Below, piece after piece: positions 25,754-36,582 of a stretch of DNA of 64,000 nt (its first letter is position 1; every line of letters starts with the position of its first letter). The DNA comes from Vicugna vicugna (Eukaryota): positions 2,458,158-2,522,157 of the forward strand of contig MU058781.1 of assembly GCA_013265495.1 (NCBI GenBank), in the 5' to 3' direction. Under the pieces are notes generated by a model. It saw only the letters and a program-made list of their open reading frames with translations, had not been told where the DNA came from and searched no databases. The position numbers were made by a program, and so were the translations under genes.

Positions 25754-26777
25754 TACTATGACTATTTCTGCTGATCCAAATACTACTACTATTAATACTA
25801 CTGCCAATATAAATACTATCATGATGGATTCTAAATCACTCAGTAACAATAATTTTCCTTAAAAAGATCATTCTCAGTCCAGATGTCTCCAAATGACTAC
25901 CAACTGCTCACAGTATCTATTATGTGTTAATTCCTTCCTAAGGATGCCCAGGAATGCTTTTCCCTGCCCATTCTGTTTTCATAGCTCATCACTAGGGAAC
26001 CCAGTCATTCTGTTTGACCAGGACAGTTCAGGTGAATGCCTCTCACCTGGGGATAGTTATTCACGGCCTCCCCTTCCCTCTCAAAAGTGCCCTGATCTGG
26101 ATGTTGTATTTATATGGCCACCCTTCTTTCTTCACATTTACTTTGACTTTTTGCTATAGCCAAACCATCACACACAGTTCACTTGCTCTCACCTTCAAGC
26201 TTATTTCCCTGAAATGCTGTTCTCATACTATTGCCAAATCCTGAATGTTCTCTCCTTCAAAATCCTGCTCAGAACTCACCCTGAGGATGGAACTTTCTCT
26301 GATATCCTGCCCTCCACCCAATCCAGAAAGCTCTCAGCAATCATGTAAATAACTCTGTGTAACTTTAATTGGCTCTGTTCATAAGCTGCTTCTTGTATCT
26401 TTTTCCCTCTAGGTATTTTTCCATGTGTTTATTTTGTCTCCATAATTTGTAAGCTCCCAGAGGGCAAGGCCTGAATACAGGTTGGTGTTGGCATAAAGTG
26501 GATGAAGGTTAAGCCTGAATGGCAGAATGTGCAATATTTCTTGATTACTAACCTGTTTTTTAAGGAAAAAAAAAAGCATCATTTGTTAGTGCTTTTATGT
26601 GATGGTCCTGAGACTACTAATCTAATGTAAAAATATATGCAGTTTCTGCTAGTGTCCAGTTAACTAAGATAAAATTAACAGTTACAAGCTTTCTGTAACG
26701 TGAGGGGGAGGGTGCTGGGAGAGTCTGATCTGTAAGAATGGTATATGAAAGCTGTGTTATTATGGAGTTTTCTTCAG

Positions 26778-27025
26778 AGGTATCTTGTCTCTTCAAGTCT
26801 GTAGGTCTATCTTAGAAGGGAAATAATATTTACTTTCAAAACTGAGATCTAAAAACCAAACAAAGCCTCAGAAAACGTACAATATCACCTTGTTCTAAGT
26901 TTGTGCTGAGTGGAGGGAAAATGAATCTAATTTTGAAGGCCTCTTTTTTTGTGTGTCTAACAGAAAATGCCACAAGGTGCAGCGCTCAAGATTACTAGAT
27001 GGGTGGATTGTTCATTTCAGTCCAG
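26778..27025 (+). pseudogene. Two DHC-like exon remnants (26778-26876 and 26964-27025)
   Basis: GILSLQVCRSILEGK*YLLSKL (cf. YDFGLRAVKSVL) joined in phase 2 to KCHKVQRSRLLDGWIVHFSP; the second has strong ctaacAG and CAG|GTAAC sites. Confidence 0.4.
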
Positions 27026-27039
27026 GTAACAAAGGGCAG

Positions 27040-27920
27040 CGGGGTAAATGCTCCTTTCTCCCCGCGGGGTTAAGAAGTGGGAATCCTTTTACCGTGACCA
27101 CCTGCTTATAAACCAGCATATAAAGTGCCAAATTTCTGTGTATCATGCTCGGCGCGGAGCCCACGGTATAAACCCAATGTAGGCGGTGCACTAGATAACA
27201 TCAAAGCCCCAGGCAGGGGCCAGAAAAGGGGGGGCCAAAGCAGCCGAGGGAAAGAAGCGCCTCCCCCTCGCATTTCCTCTCACGCCCACTTCCAACCTAG
27301 GAGGCTTTTGGTTTCTGCTTTTGTTGTTTTTAAAATTAAAAGTTAAACCCAGGAAGCTTTGGATCAGACTTTTGCGTGGCAGTTCGGGTAAGTTTTCTTC
27401 TGGTTCTTTTGTCTGGCGTCTGGCTGGGGAAGAGTCTGGGTGTGGGGCAGAGTTGGCAGAGCGTGCGGGGCAGGTTTTGTCGCCGGGTCGCCCCGAGGAG
27501 GAGGGGATTCGGCCGGTGGACGGGAAAGCCCAGCGCGCGCTGAGGGCGGAGGGGAGGGACGGGCGGCGGCGTGACCCGGCGGCCAGCGGGGAGGAACCTC
27601 CGGGATCTCCGCGTGGCGGTGGCGCTGCCGGGCCGAGCGCAGGGCGGAGGGCCGGGGCCGCGGGGCCGCGCCAGGGGGGAGCCCGAGCCGGGCGGGCCAG
27701 GCGGCCGCGTGGGAACCGGGACAGGGGGCGCGCGGGCGGCGGGGTGGCGCGGAGCCCGGTGGACGCGGCGGGGTGGCGGAGCCCCGCGGAAAGCCCACGG
27801 GGGACTTGTGTTCTCCCAAAACGGCTCTGCAAGGAAAATGTGTGCAGAGCCTCCCAGTGACACTGCCCTCACTTGAACCTCACTCCCGACGGGGGCTCCA
27901 GAAGCACTCTCACGGCCAGG
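27040..27920. promoter_or_regulatory. Upstream CpG island, candidate alternative HIVEP1 promoter
   Basis: CpG-dense 27.4-27.8 kb; TATA-like motifs (TATAAA) near 27107, 27119 and 27167; consensus donor CGG|GTAAGT at 27388. Confidence 0.75.
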
Positions 27921-29788
27921 AGGGGTGCAGCCAAAGAGAAATGGGGTCCTAGAAGCCCCCCCTTTTTTTTTCAGAGTACGATCACCTCCCCCATTGTTAC
28001 AGAATTCTTGACAGTTCAAACTGCTCTTTGTCATTCACATTTATCTTGTGGTTCAAAAAAATTATTTTCCACCACATTCTGTTTATAAGATTAAATTTGA
28101 GAAGTTGTATTCAATTTGCCACAAAATAATTAAGCCGAAACTAGCCACTTTATTTAGTTGGATTTCCTTGCATTCTGATAACTAGGAAGTTAGAATTGTA
28201 GACAGAATTTAGGCAGAATTAGGAAAAGAAACTGAATTTAGAAAACTCGAAAACAGAAAATGGGAAACTGTTCGGTATTGTATATATCACAAAAAAGATA
28301 AATACTAAGTTGGTGCTCAAGAAAGTTAAATTGTGAATAGTCTGTTTAAGAAAAAAGTTCTTTAACAAATTGAAATGACAGAATTAATCTATTACAACTC
28401 CAGATTTCATGTTTAATTTGTTAGAAAGTTCACAGCAATGCCAAATCCCATATAAACATTGTGTTCACACTATGCATTTGTGATGGTCGACACCTATTGG
28501 GTTAAAAATATATTCAGTTAGCATTTTTGACTTAGCAGGTGACACAAAGTAGAATCAGTAATCATCAAGCTACTTTAATCTTTATCTCCTGACAAATTAG
28601 GGATACTTTCACATTTAAATTGATTTTTTTTAATTCAAGTTGCAAACTGGTATTTACATAATTTTTTGGTGATTGCAATCCATTAGGTGTCATTTCATTT
28701 CATAAAAGAGATGGTTTTATCACATCGAAAATGAAAAAACTGCATTATTTTATTGCAAGTTTGGAAGCATAGTATGCTAAACATTATTTCAAATTTAGGT
28801 AGTTGTTGGCTGCTCTTTGCTCTTATGACCAAATCCAGTTTTTCACAGGTATATTCCCCTCTTTACATTACATTATTTTTTATTACAAGCTCGCCATTAT
28901 TGAGTATTCCATTTTTAATCATTCGCATTCTGGTGCGTTAAGCTTTACTTAGCTCAAATGTGCTAGAGGTAGGATTTCCTCAGGGGAATTTTAGGGGTCA
29001 ACCCCAGCAGGAAAAACCTAGATGTCTTTATGGAAGCCCCAGGGAACAACACAATTCAAGTTTGCACAGATGGCCAGCAGAGTGGGTGTACGGTCGTTTA
29101 GCATTTTTATTCCTTAAAAGGGGAAAGCAGATTGGTTTTATCTGAGAATTTCTTCTGCGCAAAATTTTTGTTTCACCTTACTCCTCCCAAGTTCAGCGTG
29201 GCTCCTTAAACCAGTCACAGTGCCTGCTTCTTTAGGTGTACATATGGAATTTCTGCGCCCCAAACTTCTAACGTTCTTTAGGTCTCACCCCGAAAACCTT
29301 TATCGTTACCCTTGTGCAGCCCCTCCTGATTTCTTTTCCGTAGATTTCCACTTCTTGCTTCCTCTATTGCTTTCTAGCAGCCGGGGTCAAACTCTGGTTT
29401 ATGGTAATTACTCCCTCTTCCCCCTTTCTCTCCTCCCTTGAGTCCCTGGGACCAGCTCGGCGGTCCAGACCCACAACCCCCTTTCCTGACCTCGAAGACC
29501 CCTCTCCTCCTTGCCCCAAGCTGTCAGGCAGACAGGCAAGGGTTAACAGCGCTCGCAATTCGGGCTCTGGGAACCACCAGCGGGCATTGGAGCGGCCTCT
29601 GGAATAACCTTGGCTTCCCTCAATCTTTTAATAGAACATCCGCCACCAAAAAGTAGTTTCATTTCAGTTCAGGGTTAATACGTCCCTTTCCACCCTTCAA
29701 CCCAACAGCCCGCCCCCCTCCCGTTTTTTTTAAAGTTGTTTTTCAAAGTTAATGAGTTTAAATTTTCACAATGACTTTTCCCTTCCCT

Positions 29789-30674
29789 NNNNNNNNNNNN
29801 NNNNNNNNNNNNNNNNNNNNNNNNNNNNNNNNNNNNNNNNNNNNNNNNNNNNNNNNNNNNNNNNNNNNNNNNNNNNNNNNNNNNNNNNNNNNNNNNNNNN
29901 NNNNNNNNNNNNNNNNNNNNNNNNNNNNNNNNNNNNNNNNNNNNNNNNNNNNNNNNNNNNNNNNNNNNNNNNNNNNNNNNNNNNNNNNNNNNNNNNNNNN
30001 NNNNNNNNNNNNNNNNNNNNNNNNNNNNNNNNNNNNNNNNNNNNNNNNNNNNNNNNNNNNNNNNNNNNNNNNNNNNNNNNNNNNNNNNNNNNNNNNNNNN
30101 NNNNNNNNNNNNNNNNNNNNNNNNNNNNNNNNNNNNNNNNNNNNNNNNNNNNNNNNNNNNNNNNNNNNNNNNNNNNNNNNNNNNNNNNNNNNNNNNNNNN
30201 NNNNNNNNNNNNNNNNNNNNNNNNNNNNNNNNNNNNNNNNNNNNNNNNNNNNNNNNNNNNNNNNNNNNNNNNNNNNNNNNNNNNNNNNNNNNNNNNNNNN
30301 NNNNNNNNNNNNNNNNNNNNNNNNNNNNNNNNNNNNNNNNNNNNNNNNNNNNNNNNNNNNNNNNNNNNNNNNNNNNNNNNNNNNNNNNNNNNNNNNNNNN
30401 NNNNNNNNNNNNNNNNNNNNNNNNNNNNNNNNNNNNNNNNNNNNNNNNNNNNNNNNNNNNNNNNNNNNNNNNNNNNNNNNNNNNNNNNNNNNNNNNNNNN
30501 NNNNNNNNNNNNNNNNNNNNNNNNNNNNNNNNNNNNNNNNNNNNNNNNNNNNNNNNNNNNNNNNNNNNNNNNNNNNNNNNNNNNNNNNNNNNNNNNNNNN
30601 NNNNNNNNNNNNNNNNNNNNNNNNNNNNNNNNNNNNNNNNNNNNNNNNNNNNNNNNNNNNNNNNNNNNNNNNNN
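29789..30674. other. Assembly gap (886 N)
   Basis: Run of n; abuts GC-rich promoter sequence. Confidence 1.
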
Positions 30675-31720
30675 CCGCCCGCGCGCCCCGCGCTCCCCCT
30701 CCCGCCCCCCGGTCGGCTCCCCTGTTTAATATTTCAGCGCTGGGTGGTGTGAGTGCCAGTCGCCGGCCTTTAGTGTGGCTGCTGCTGGGGCGGCTACGGG
30801 GAGGGGGACGGAGCCAGGGGACCTGGAGCAGCAGCCGAAGGAGGTTATGTTTGTGTTTGGGATTGTCAAGTGAAGGAGGGATCCCAGGCGCCGCCGCCGC
30901 CGCTGCTGCGCGGGGGTCGCGGAGATTCCGGGCTGCGGCCGCCGCCATCAGCAGCGCAGCTCCAGGGCCGGCTGCAGCGGCAGCGGCCCCGCCGGGCGTC
31001 CTGGCAGCAGGTTCGGCGCGGGCTCCGTGGTGGGGGCGCTGCAGCTGGGAGGGCGGCTAGGGAGCGGCGGCGGGAGGAGGGTGGCAGGACCACATCCCTC
31101 TCCGCGGGCGGGGGGCGTGCGGGCGCGCGTGTGTGTGTGCGTGTGTGTGCAATCGCCGACCTTGCAGAGGGGATGGCTGCGTGCGGGAGACTCTTGTCAC
31201 TTCAGGGTGCCCTCGCTGCGCGCGAGCGGCCCGAACTGCGGTCCTGCGAGACGAGCAGGTACGGAGGGACCCAGCCTCCCCACCCGCGTTCCAGCCGCAG
31301 ACGCATTTTGCAAGAGGGGGGGTGGTTAGGGAGACCAGGCCTCGGCTTCCCAACCTCCCGGCTTTGTGGCTTTCTTTTCCTTTCGTTCTTTGCTCTAAGT
31401 GCCTGTTTACTCCCGACACCTGGGTAGTTTCTTTCCGGGTTGGGAGAACGCGCCTGCTGCAGTTGGGAAGAGGGCGGTGGGTTTGGGCGCGGGTCGGCTC
31501 AGGCTCGCCTTGGGGTCGGGCTGGGGAAGGAGTTGCAGCTGGAGAGGGGAGGGGGCGGCGGCGGAGCTGGCGGCGAGGAGGAGTCTCAGGGCTGCCGCGC
31601 TCGCCTCATCTCGTCCTCCTCCTCCTCCTGCTCTCCGCATCCACTCCAGGCTCCTTCCTGAGCTGGCACTTCCATTCCCCCCTCCTCCTGGCATGCGAAG
31701 CGCTTTGTTCAGTGCAGCGT
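30675..31720. promoter_or_regulatory. Main CpG island / promoter of HIVEP1
   Basis: Very high GC and CpG density, GC boxes (ccgccc), spans exon 1; the left edge runs into the N gap. Confidence 0.9.
30780..31010 (+). other. HIVEP1: HIVEP1 non-coding exon 1 (5' boundary approximate)
   Basis: GC-rich, GCC-repeat-containing segment inside the CpG island, ending at CAGCAG|GTTCGG (donor 31011), about 3 kb upstream of exon 2. Confidence 0.65.
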
Positions 31721-33199
31721 TGCAGAGGGGTTTTCCCAGGCTCCGCCCTCCACATTCATTCATGTTTTTTCTCCTTGCAACTGTCTACGCTTTTTGATCG
31801 TGTCATGTTTTTGCTCCATGTAGTGTATCTTTCTTGTAAAGGAACGGTTTGTCATTCGTGTTCGTCTCTACAATGCTGCTGTCTTTGAAAATACTGACTC
31901 CCTGACTACAAGGATTTAAACCTGGGATGGACAGCTAGGGACAGTGGGTTGGCACTGAACAGAGTAGCGGAAAGCTGGTACTGATTGGAAATTTGCATAT
32001 TTTAAGAGCAGGCTCCCGATCCTATAGGGTCACGTGATTGAATTACTGTCGGAGTTCATGCTTTAAAAACTTTGAAATATCGTGATCATTTAACAGCTTT
32101 AACAAGAAAGAGAGTTAAGCATTCGTACAATTTATTTGGCCCTGACGTCTCTAAATACTCTTGAAACAGGGGCTTCGTCAATTGAATGGTGGATGTCTTC
32201 GGTGCAGGGAGTTGACGAACCATGTTTTTTACAGATCATTTAGCACAGTGTTCGATGAAGTACATAGATTGGACCATCCTATTTCATATTTTCTCCCATG
32301 CAGTTAAAAAATTGCAAATATTTTTGTGCGGTGCCCACATCCCGCCTTATCAGGGATAAAATTCTGAAGTTAATTATAGCCTTCTTCCCTTCTGTTTCTT
32401 TTCTGCTGTATTGAAACCATAAATTTCTAAAATCTTATAGTGAGATATTAGATACAGCCTTGCCCATAGAGGCTTTCTTGAGGAGAATTAATATTTGATA
32501 TTTTTGTGTACTAGGCAGTGATCAAAGCATTTACATTGTTTTGTTTAGTCCTTGCAACAACCCAGTGAGGTACGTACTGTTTCCTAGTTTTACAGTCAGG
32601 AAATCTGATCTTCAGAGAGGTTAGGTACCTTGAATGAGGCCACACAGCAAACTTTGAACTCAGTCTGGTTTGAACCCAAAATAGTCATGACTTGTGCTAT
32701 ACGGTGTCTTGAATAAAAGCCCCAGGGCAAGTATTATGTCCAGCAAGGAAATAAATGCTGAAAGTACATGAGGCACATGGTGCCACATTCCTTGTTTGCT
32801 GACCATGGGCAGGTTCCTGTCTCAATTTTCTTATCTATAAAATGGATAAATGATAGCTACCTAACCAGTTATCATTAGGATTAAATTAGGTGATGTGTAG
32901 GAAGTACATAGGCACACAGTAGGTGCTCAGTAAGTATTGTTTTTTCTACAGTACTGGATATTATGAAAGTTTTAAACCATTCGTATTCCATTCTTGTGTC
33001 CTTGCTTAGTGATGAAACATAATTTAATGTTTAACATCATCTTGGGTTTTGCTTATCAGCCTTATCAAAAGAAGCTAAAACTAAAATTTTAGCCCCAGGA
33101 TCCTTGAGGATCTTGTGGAAGAGGAGACAGGCAGCTGATTTGAGACAAGATATGATTAAGTTTTGGATTGTTACTGTATTTCCAATCACTGTATTTAAA

Positions 33200-33575
33200 A
33201 TGTGTAAGTCAGGACAGGGTTATGCCGGAGTAACAAATAACTCTCATACCTCAGTGCTTAAAATAATAATGATCTCTTTTGTGTTTATGCCACATGGTCA
33301 TGTTGACTTGGCAAGAGCTCAGCTCGGTGTTGTCAGACTCACTGTCTAGAACAGTGCCTGTCCCATGGCAGACAGGGAAGAGAGCTCTGAGAGATCTTGC
33401 TTTGATAACTGAACGCTCCAGCCTGGATGTGATGCCTGCCTCTCCCACTCACTGGTTATTAGCCAGAACTGGTCACACATTCTAGTTAAACACAGGGAGG
33501 CAGAAAGTACAGCCCTAACAGGCGCTTGAAGGGAGAACTGGAAGAACTGGGGAACAGCCCCCCATAGCAACCACA
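33200..33575. mobile_element. MaLR LTR (MLT1-like)
   Basis: gtaagtcaggacagggttatgc..gtaacaaataactc..cagtgcttaaa and ttggccagaactggtcaca-like motifs. Confidence 0.6.
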
Positions 33576-33976
33576 CATATTAGCTGAGTTAACTCAGTAA
33601 AACAGAATGAATGAGACATGGTCCCTGTCTGTCCCCAGAGAACTTATAAATGGTTAGACATGTACTATATGCAGCAAAGCATGATGCTCTACTTTAATGG
33701 TACCTTGTAATGTGACTTTAAAACAATTCACTTTTTCACTCTTTTTTGGTAAAGGGACAGTGATATTTTTTCTCCTGTTTTCTTAATGGGAAAGCCCAGA
33801 TAGTGAGAAAAGGACGTGTCCTGTGTTTAATTAAAAGTTAGGAAGTAATTGTTTGCAGTGGTCTTCAGCTTGGCTACCATTTGTTAAGTTTAGATTAGTG
33901 CTATAGTAAGCTATAACTTTTGAACTGTCTTTTTTCCCTTTGCAGGTAGTGAAACGTGACTGTTTTTCTTTTTCAG

Positions 33977-34119
33977 CACATGGATTAATTGATGGACAGT
34001 AGGTGTATGGAGCCACCTTTCTGTGACCTGCTCTTCCTACAGTTTCTAAGAAGGAAAAGGGGCCCCTGAATCAAAGAAGATGCCTCGAACTAAACAGATT
34101 CATCCCAGAAATCTAAGAG
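33977..34119 (+). other. HIVEP1: HIVEP1 exon 2 (103 nt 5'UTR + 40 nt CDS)
   Basis: Polypyrimidine acceptor tgtttttctttttcAG ends at 33976; donor GT at 34120; contains the start codon. Confidence 0.88.
34080..34119 (+). CDS. HIVEP1: HIVEP1 (ZNF40/PRDII-BF1/MBP-1) first coding segment, in exon 2; the CDS continues beyond the window
   Basis: ATG CCT CGA ACT AAA CAG ATT CAT CCC AGA AAT CTA AGA G = MPRTKQIHPRNLR plus 1 nt, which I recognise as the HIVEP1 N-terminus. Kozak -3 is A; phase-1 donor G|GTAGGG at 34120. Confidence 0.95.
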
Positions 34120-36372
34120 GTAGGGCTCTGTATTAAATGAAAGTAGGGTTTATAGTAAGTTGTATTATGAAGTATCTCTGTAGTGGCAGGAATGGCAGCT
34201 TGTTGGATGGTGACCCTGCTTTGTGGTTACTTGGCCCCAGGAGCACTGGTTCCATTTCTCTGGTTCGTTTCCACCTGCCCCCACAATTCCTGTCTCTCAG
34301 GAGATGCTTCATAAATATTTGTTGAATGAATTAGTCGAATTTGACAAAATTACAACGGCTTCCCAACCATTAGTTGCGTATTAAAGTCTGCGATTTACTA
34401 TCTCTTAACAGGTACCTTATTTGGGTAGAGGAGTCTTAAATGAATGGTTATCCATAGTCTTTGCCAACTGGATCACCATGAATTTTTTTCACCCCCTCCC
34501 CCATACTTCTTTTGACATTTGTGTTTGCACTACTCTGTACATTAGATTAACAAGAAGTGAAGAGAGTTGTAGTTGACATTAACTCAGATCATTATTTGCA
34601 GAACTCAGAAAATAGGTAAACTGATACATTTTTCATAGGGAAGCAATTTTTATACATTCCGTATAAAAACAAAAAGGCATTTTCTCTTAACTGTGAAGAG
34701 ATATTTTAACATTAAGAAAGTCAGTTTATTTTAGCTTACTGTTTTTAAAAGATTTGTTTTATTCTGATGTGTTTTAGCAGCTGGGAACAGCAATTATCTT
34801 TTGTATTTAACTTTAGTAGATTAGAGAGTAGTAGTGTTAACCAAAGAACTGTTAAAGCAAATAATTCCTAAGTGAGTAAAGTATCTTATGAAATATTTAC
34901 AATTACAGAAAAAATAGTCTCCAGCACATGCAAAGTAAGAAATGACTTAAAAATCAAACAAACGAATTGAAAGTATTCCTTGGTGAAGTGATCTGGCCAG
35001 TCACTATGAGGTTATAATTGACAATGTAGTCAGTTACGAGGCCTGCTTGAATCTGGAAACAGTGCTTGTTTCCTGAAAGTACTAGAACTCTCTCCTGGCT
35101 TAGGGGGATGCCTTGGCCCCGGTTCGAATTGATGATTATAGTCCCACTGCTTAGTGAGGTGAGGATTTAGAGGGAGTACGTTGTGTTGTATCCGGAAGTC
35201 TGATTTTTCAGGGTCACATAGAAAATGTTGAGAACTGACTGGGTATTTGCCTGTCTCCCTCACTAGCATCTGAGGCCCCTAAAGTCAGGACTTCCTCTCA
35301 TTTGCTACTGTAGGCAGAGCCTCTTGCTCACGACCAGCTGAGGCAGGCATGTGGAGTCCTGGGCCCAGCTTCTGTAGTTCATCTGTCTAGAGAGGGCATC
35401 CTGTTCTGACCCCTGTGCTCAGAGGCAGCCTGGGGGCTGGCGGGGCCCTAGCCCAGCACAGCTCCTGGCAGCTAATGTTAAGGAGCCCAAATGCTCATTG
35501 AAAGAATGAATACATGATTGATCTGGAAGTATTATTCATTAGGTCATAAAAGTTTTTCATGTTTAAAATACATACTTTATCATATTCTGGATAATGTGTG
35601 TATCCAGAGAAAGGCAGATTTTTAGGCCATAGGCTCATTTCCTTTCTGTCTCAAATCAGCGTACCACTCAGCAGCTGTTTTTGAACAGCCTCACATGCTG
35701 CTGTTCCAGGTGGCAGGGATAAAGTGATCATCAGACACGGGCCCTGCCAGGAGGATGCAGTGAGGGAAGAGCAGGGCTTCAGAGATTCCCCAGAGGTCGG
35801 TCAGGGATGATACTACATCCCAATTGTGGGGGGCTAGTTTGAAAGGGGCAGGGGTGGGAAGGAAAGGCAACATCTGAATTGGGTTGTTAAGGCTGAGAGA
35901 TTATCCAGGGGGCTGACAAGACAGGGTGAGTGCATTTCATCCAGGGGTAGGAGCTGGGGAAGCACCTTGGAGAACCCAGGCTACTATATGTAAGTTACTG
36001 TCCATGACCAGAGCATAAGAAGTTCTATTCAGGGAGGAGAGTTACTCAGCCACTGAAGGAGAGATCAGAGTAGATTAGCACAAGACATTACTACAGCCAT
36101 GTGGGCGGGACGGCAGATTCCCCAGCTCAGAGGAGGGGGACCTCCTGGAAGAGGTGGTGTCTGAGCCAGTTGGCTCACTCAGCTGAGAAGAATGAGAGCT
36201 GAGCTGTTCCCGTTGGGAAATCCTAAGTAAGCTAAGGACAAAGGCAAGAACACCTTTAAAATTTCCACTTGCCTTCTAAAAATGTATATGAGGACTCTAT
36301 CCCTGGGTACAATTTGGGTGTTAAAGTAAGCAGGTAAATGTTAGCTACTAAAATGAATTTTTTAGCATTTGC

Positions 36373-36582
36373 TATTGACCCTTGAACAGGGTTTGAACTG
36401 CAAGGTCCCCGTGTATGTGGGTTTTTTTCAACTGTGGGTTGAGTGAATCCTCAGATGCACAACCCATGGATACTGAGGGCTGACTGTACTAGACCATCTT
36501 ATTTAAGGGACTTGGGCATCCCAGGATGTTGGTGTCCACGGGGGGTCTGGGGCCAGTCCCCATAGATACTGAGGAATGACGT
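36373..36582 (+). mobile_element. Tigger2/MER2-family MITE
   Basis: ttgacccttgaaca..gggtttgaactgc start; gatactgagggctgactgta and gatactgaggaatgac termini. Confidence 0.7.

Larger units (their letters stand above)
1..27025 (+). pseudogene. Putative decayed dynein heavy chain-like gene (DHC_N2 linker + AAA1), multi-exon; begins upstream of the window
   Basis: Ordered AG/GT-bounded segments between repeats whose translations track dynein heavy chain motifs. Several phase-compatible junctions, plus in-frame stops and frameshifts. Homology judged by eye. Confidence 0.65.

Noticed and set aside
27191..28034. Overlapping 150-230 aa ORFs on both strands
   Set aside because: Arg/Gly/Pro/Ala-rich products expected from stop-poor CpG-island sequence; no recognisable domain.
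29752..31060. 325-429 aa ORFs
   Set aside because: Artefacts of translating through the N gap.
31133..31888. 251 aa ORF in intron 1
   Set aside because: Non-ATG start, low-complexity GC-rich product, no homology recognised.
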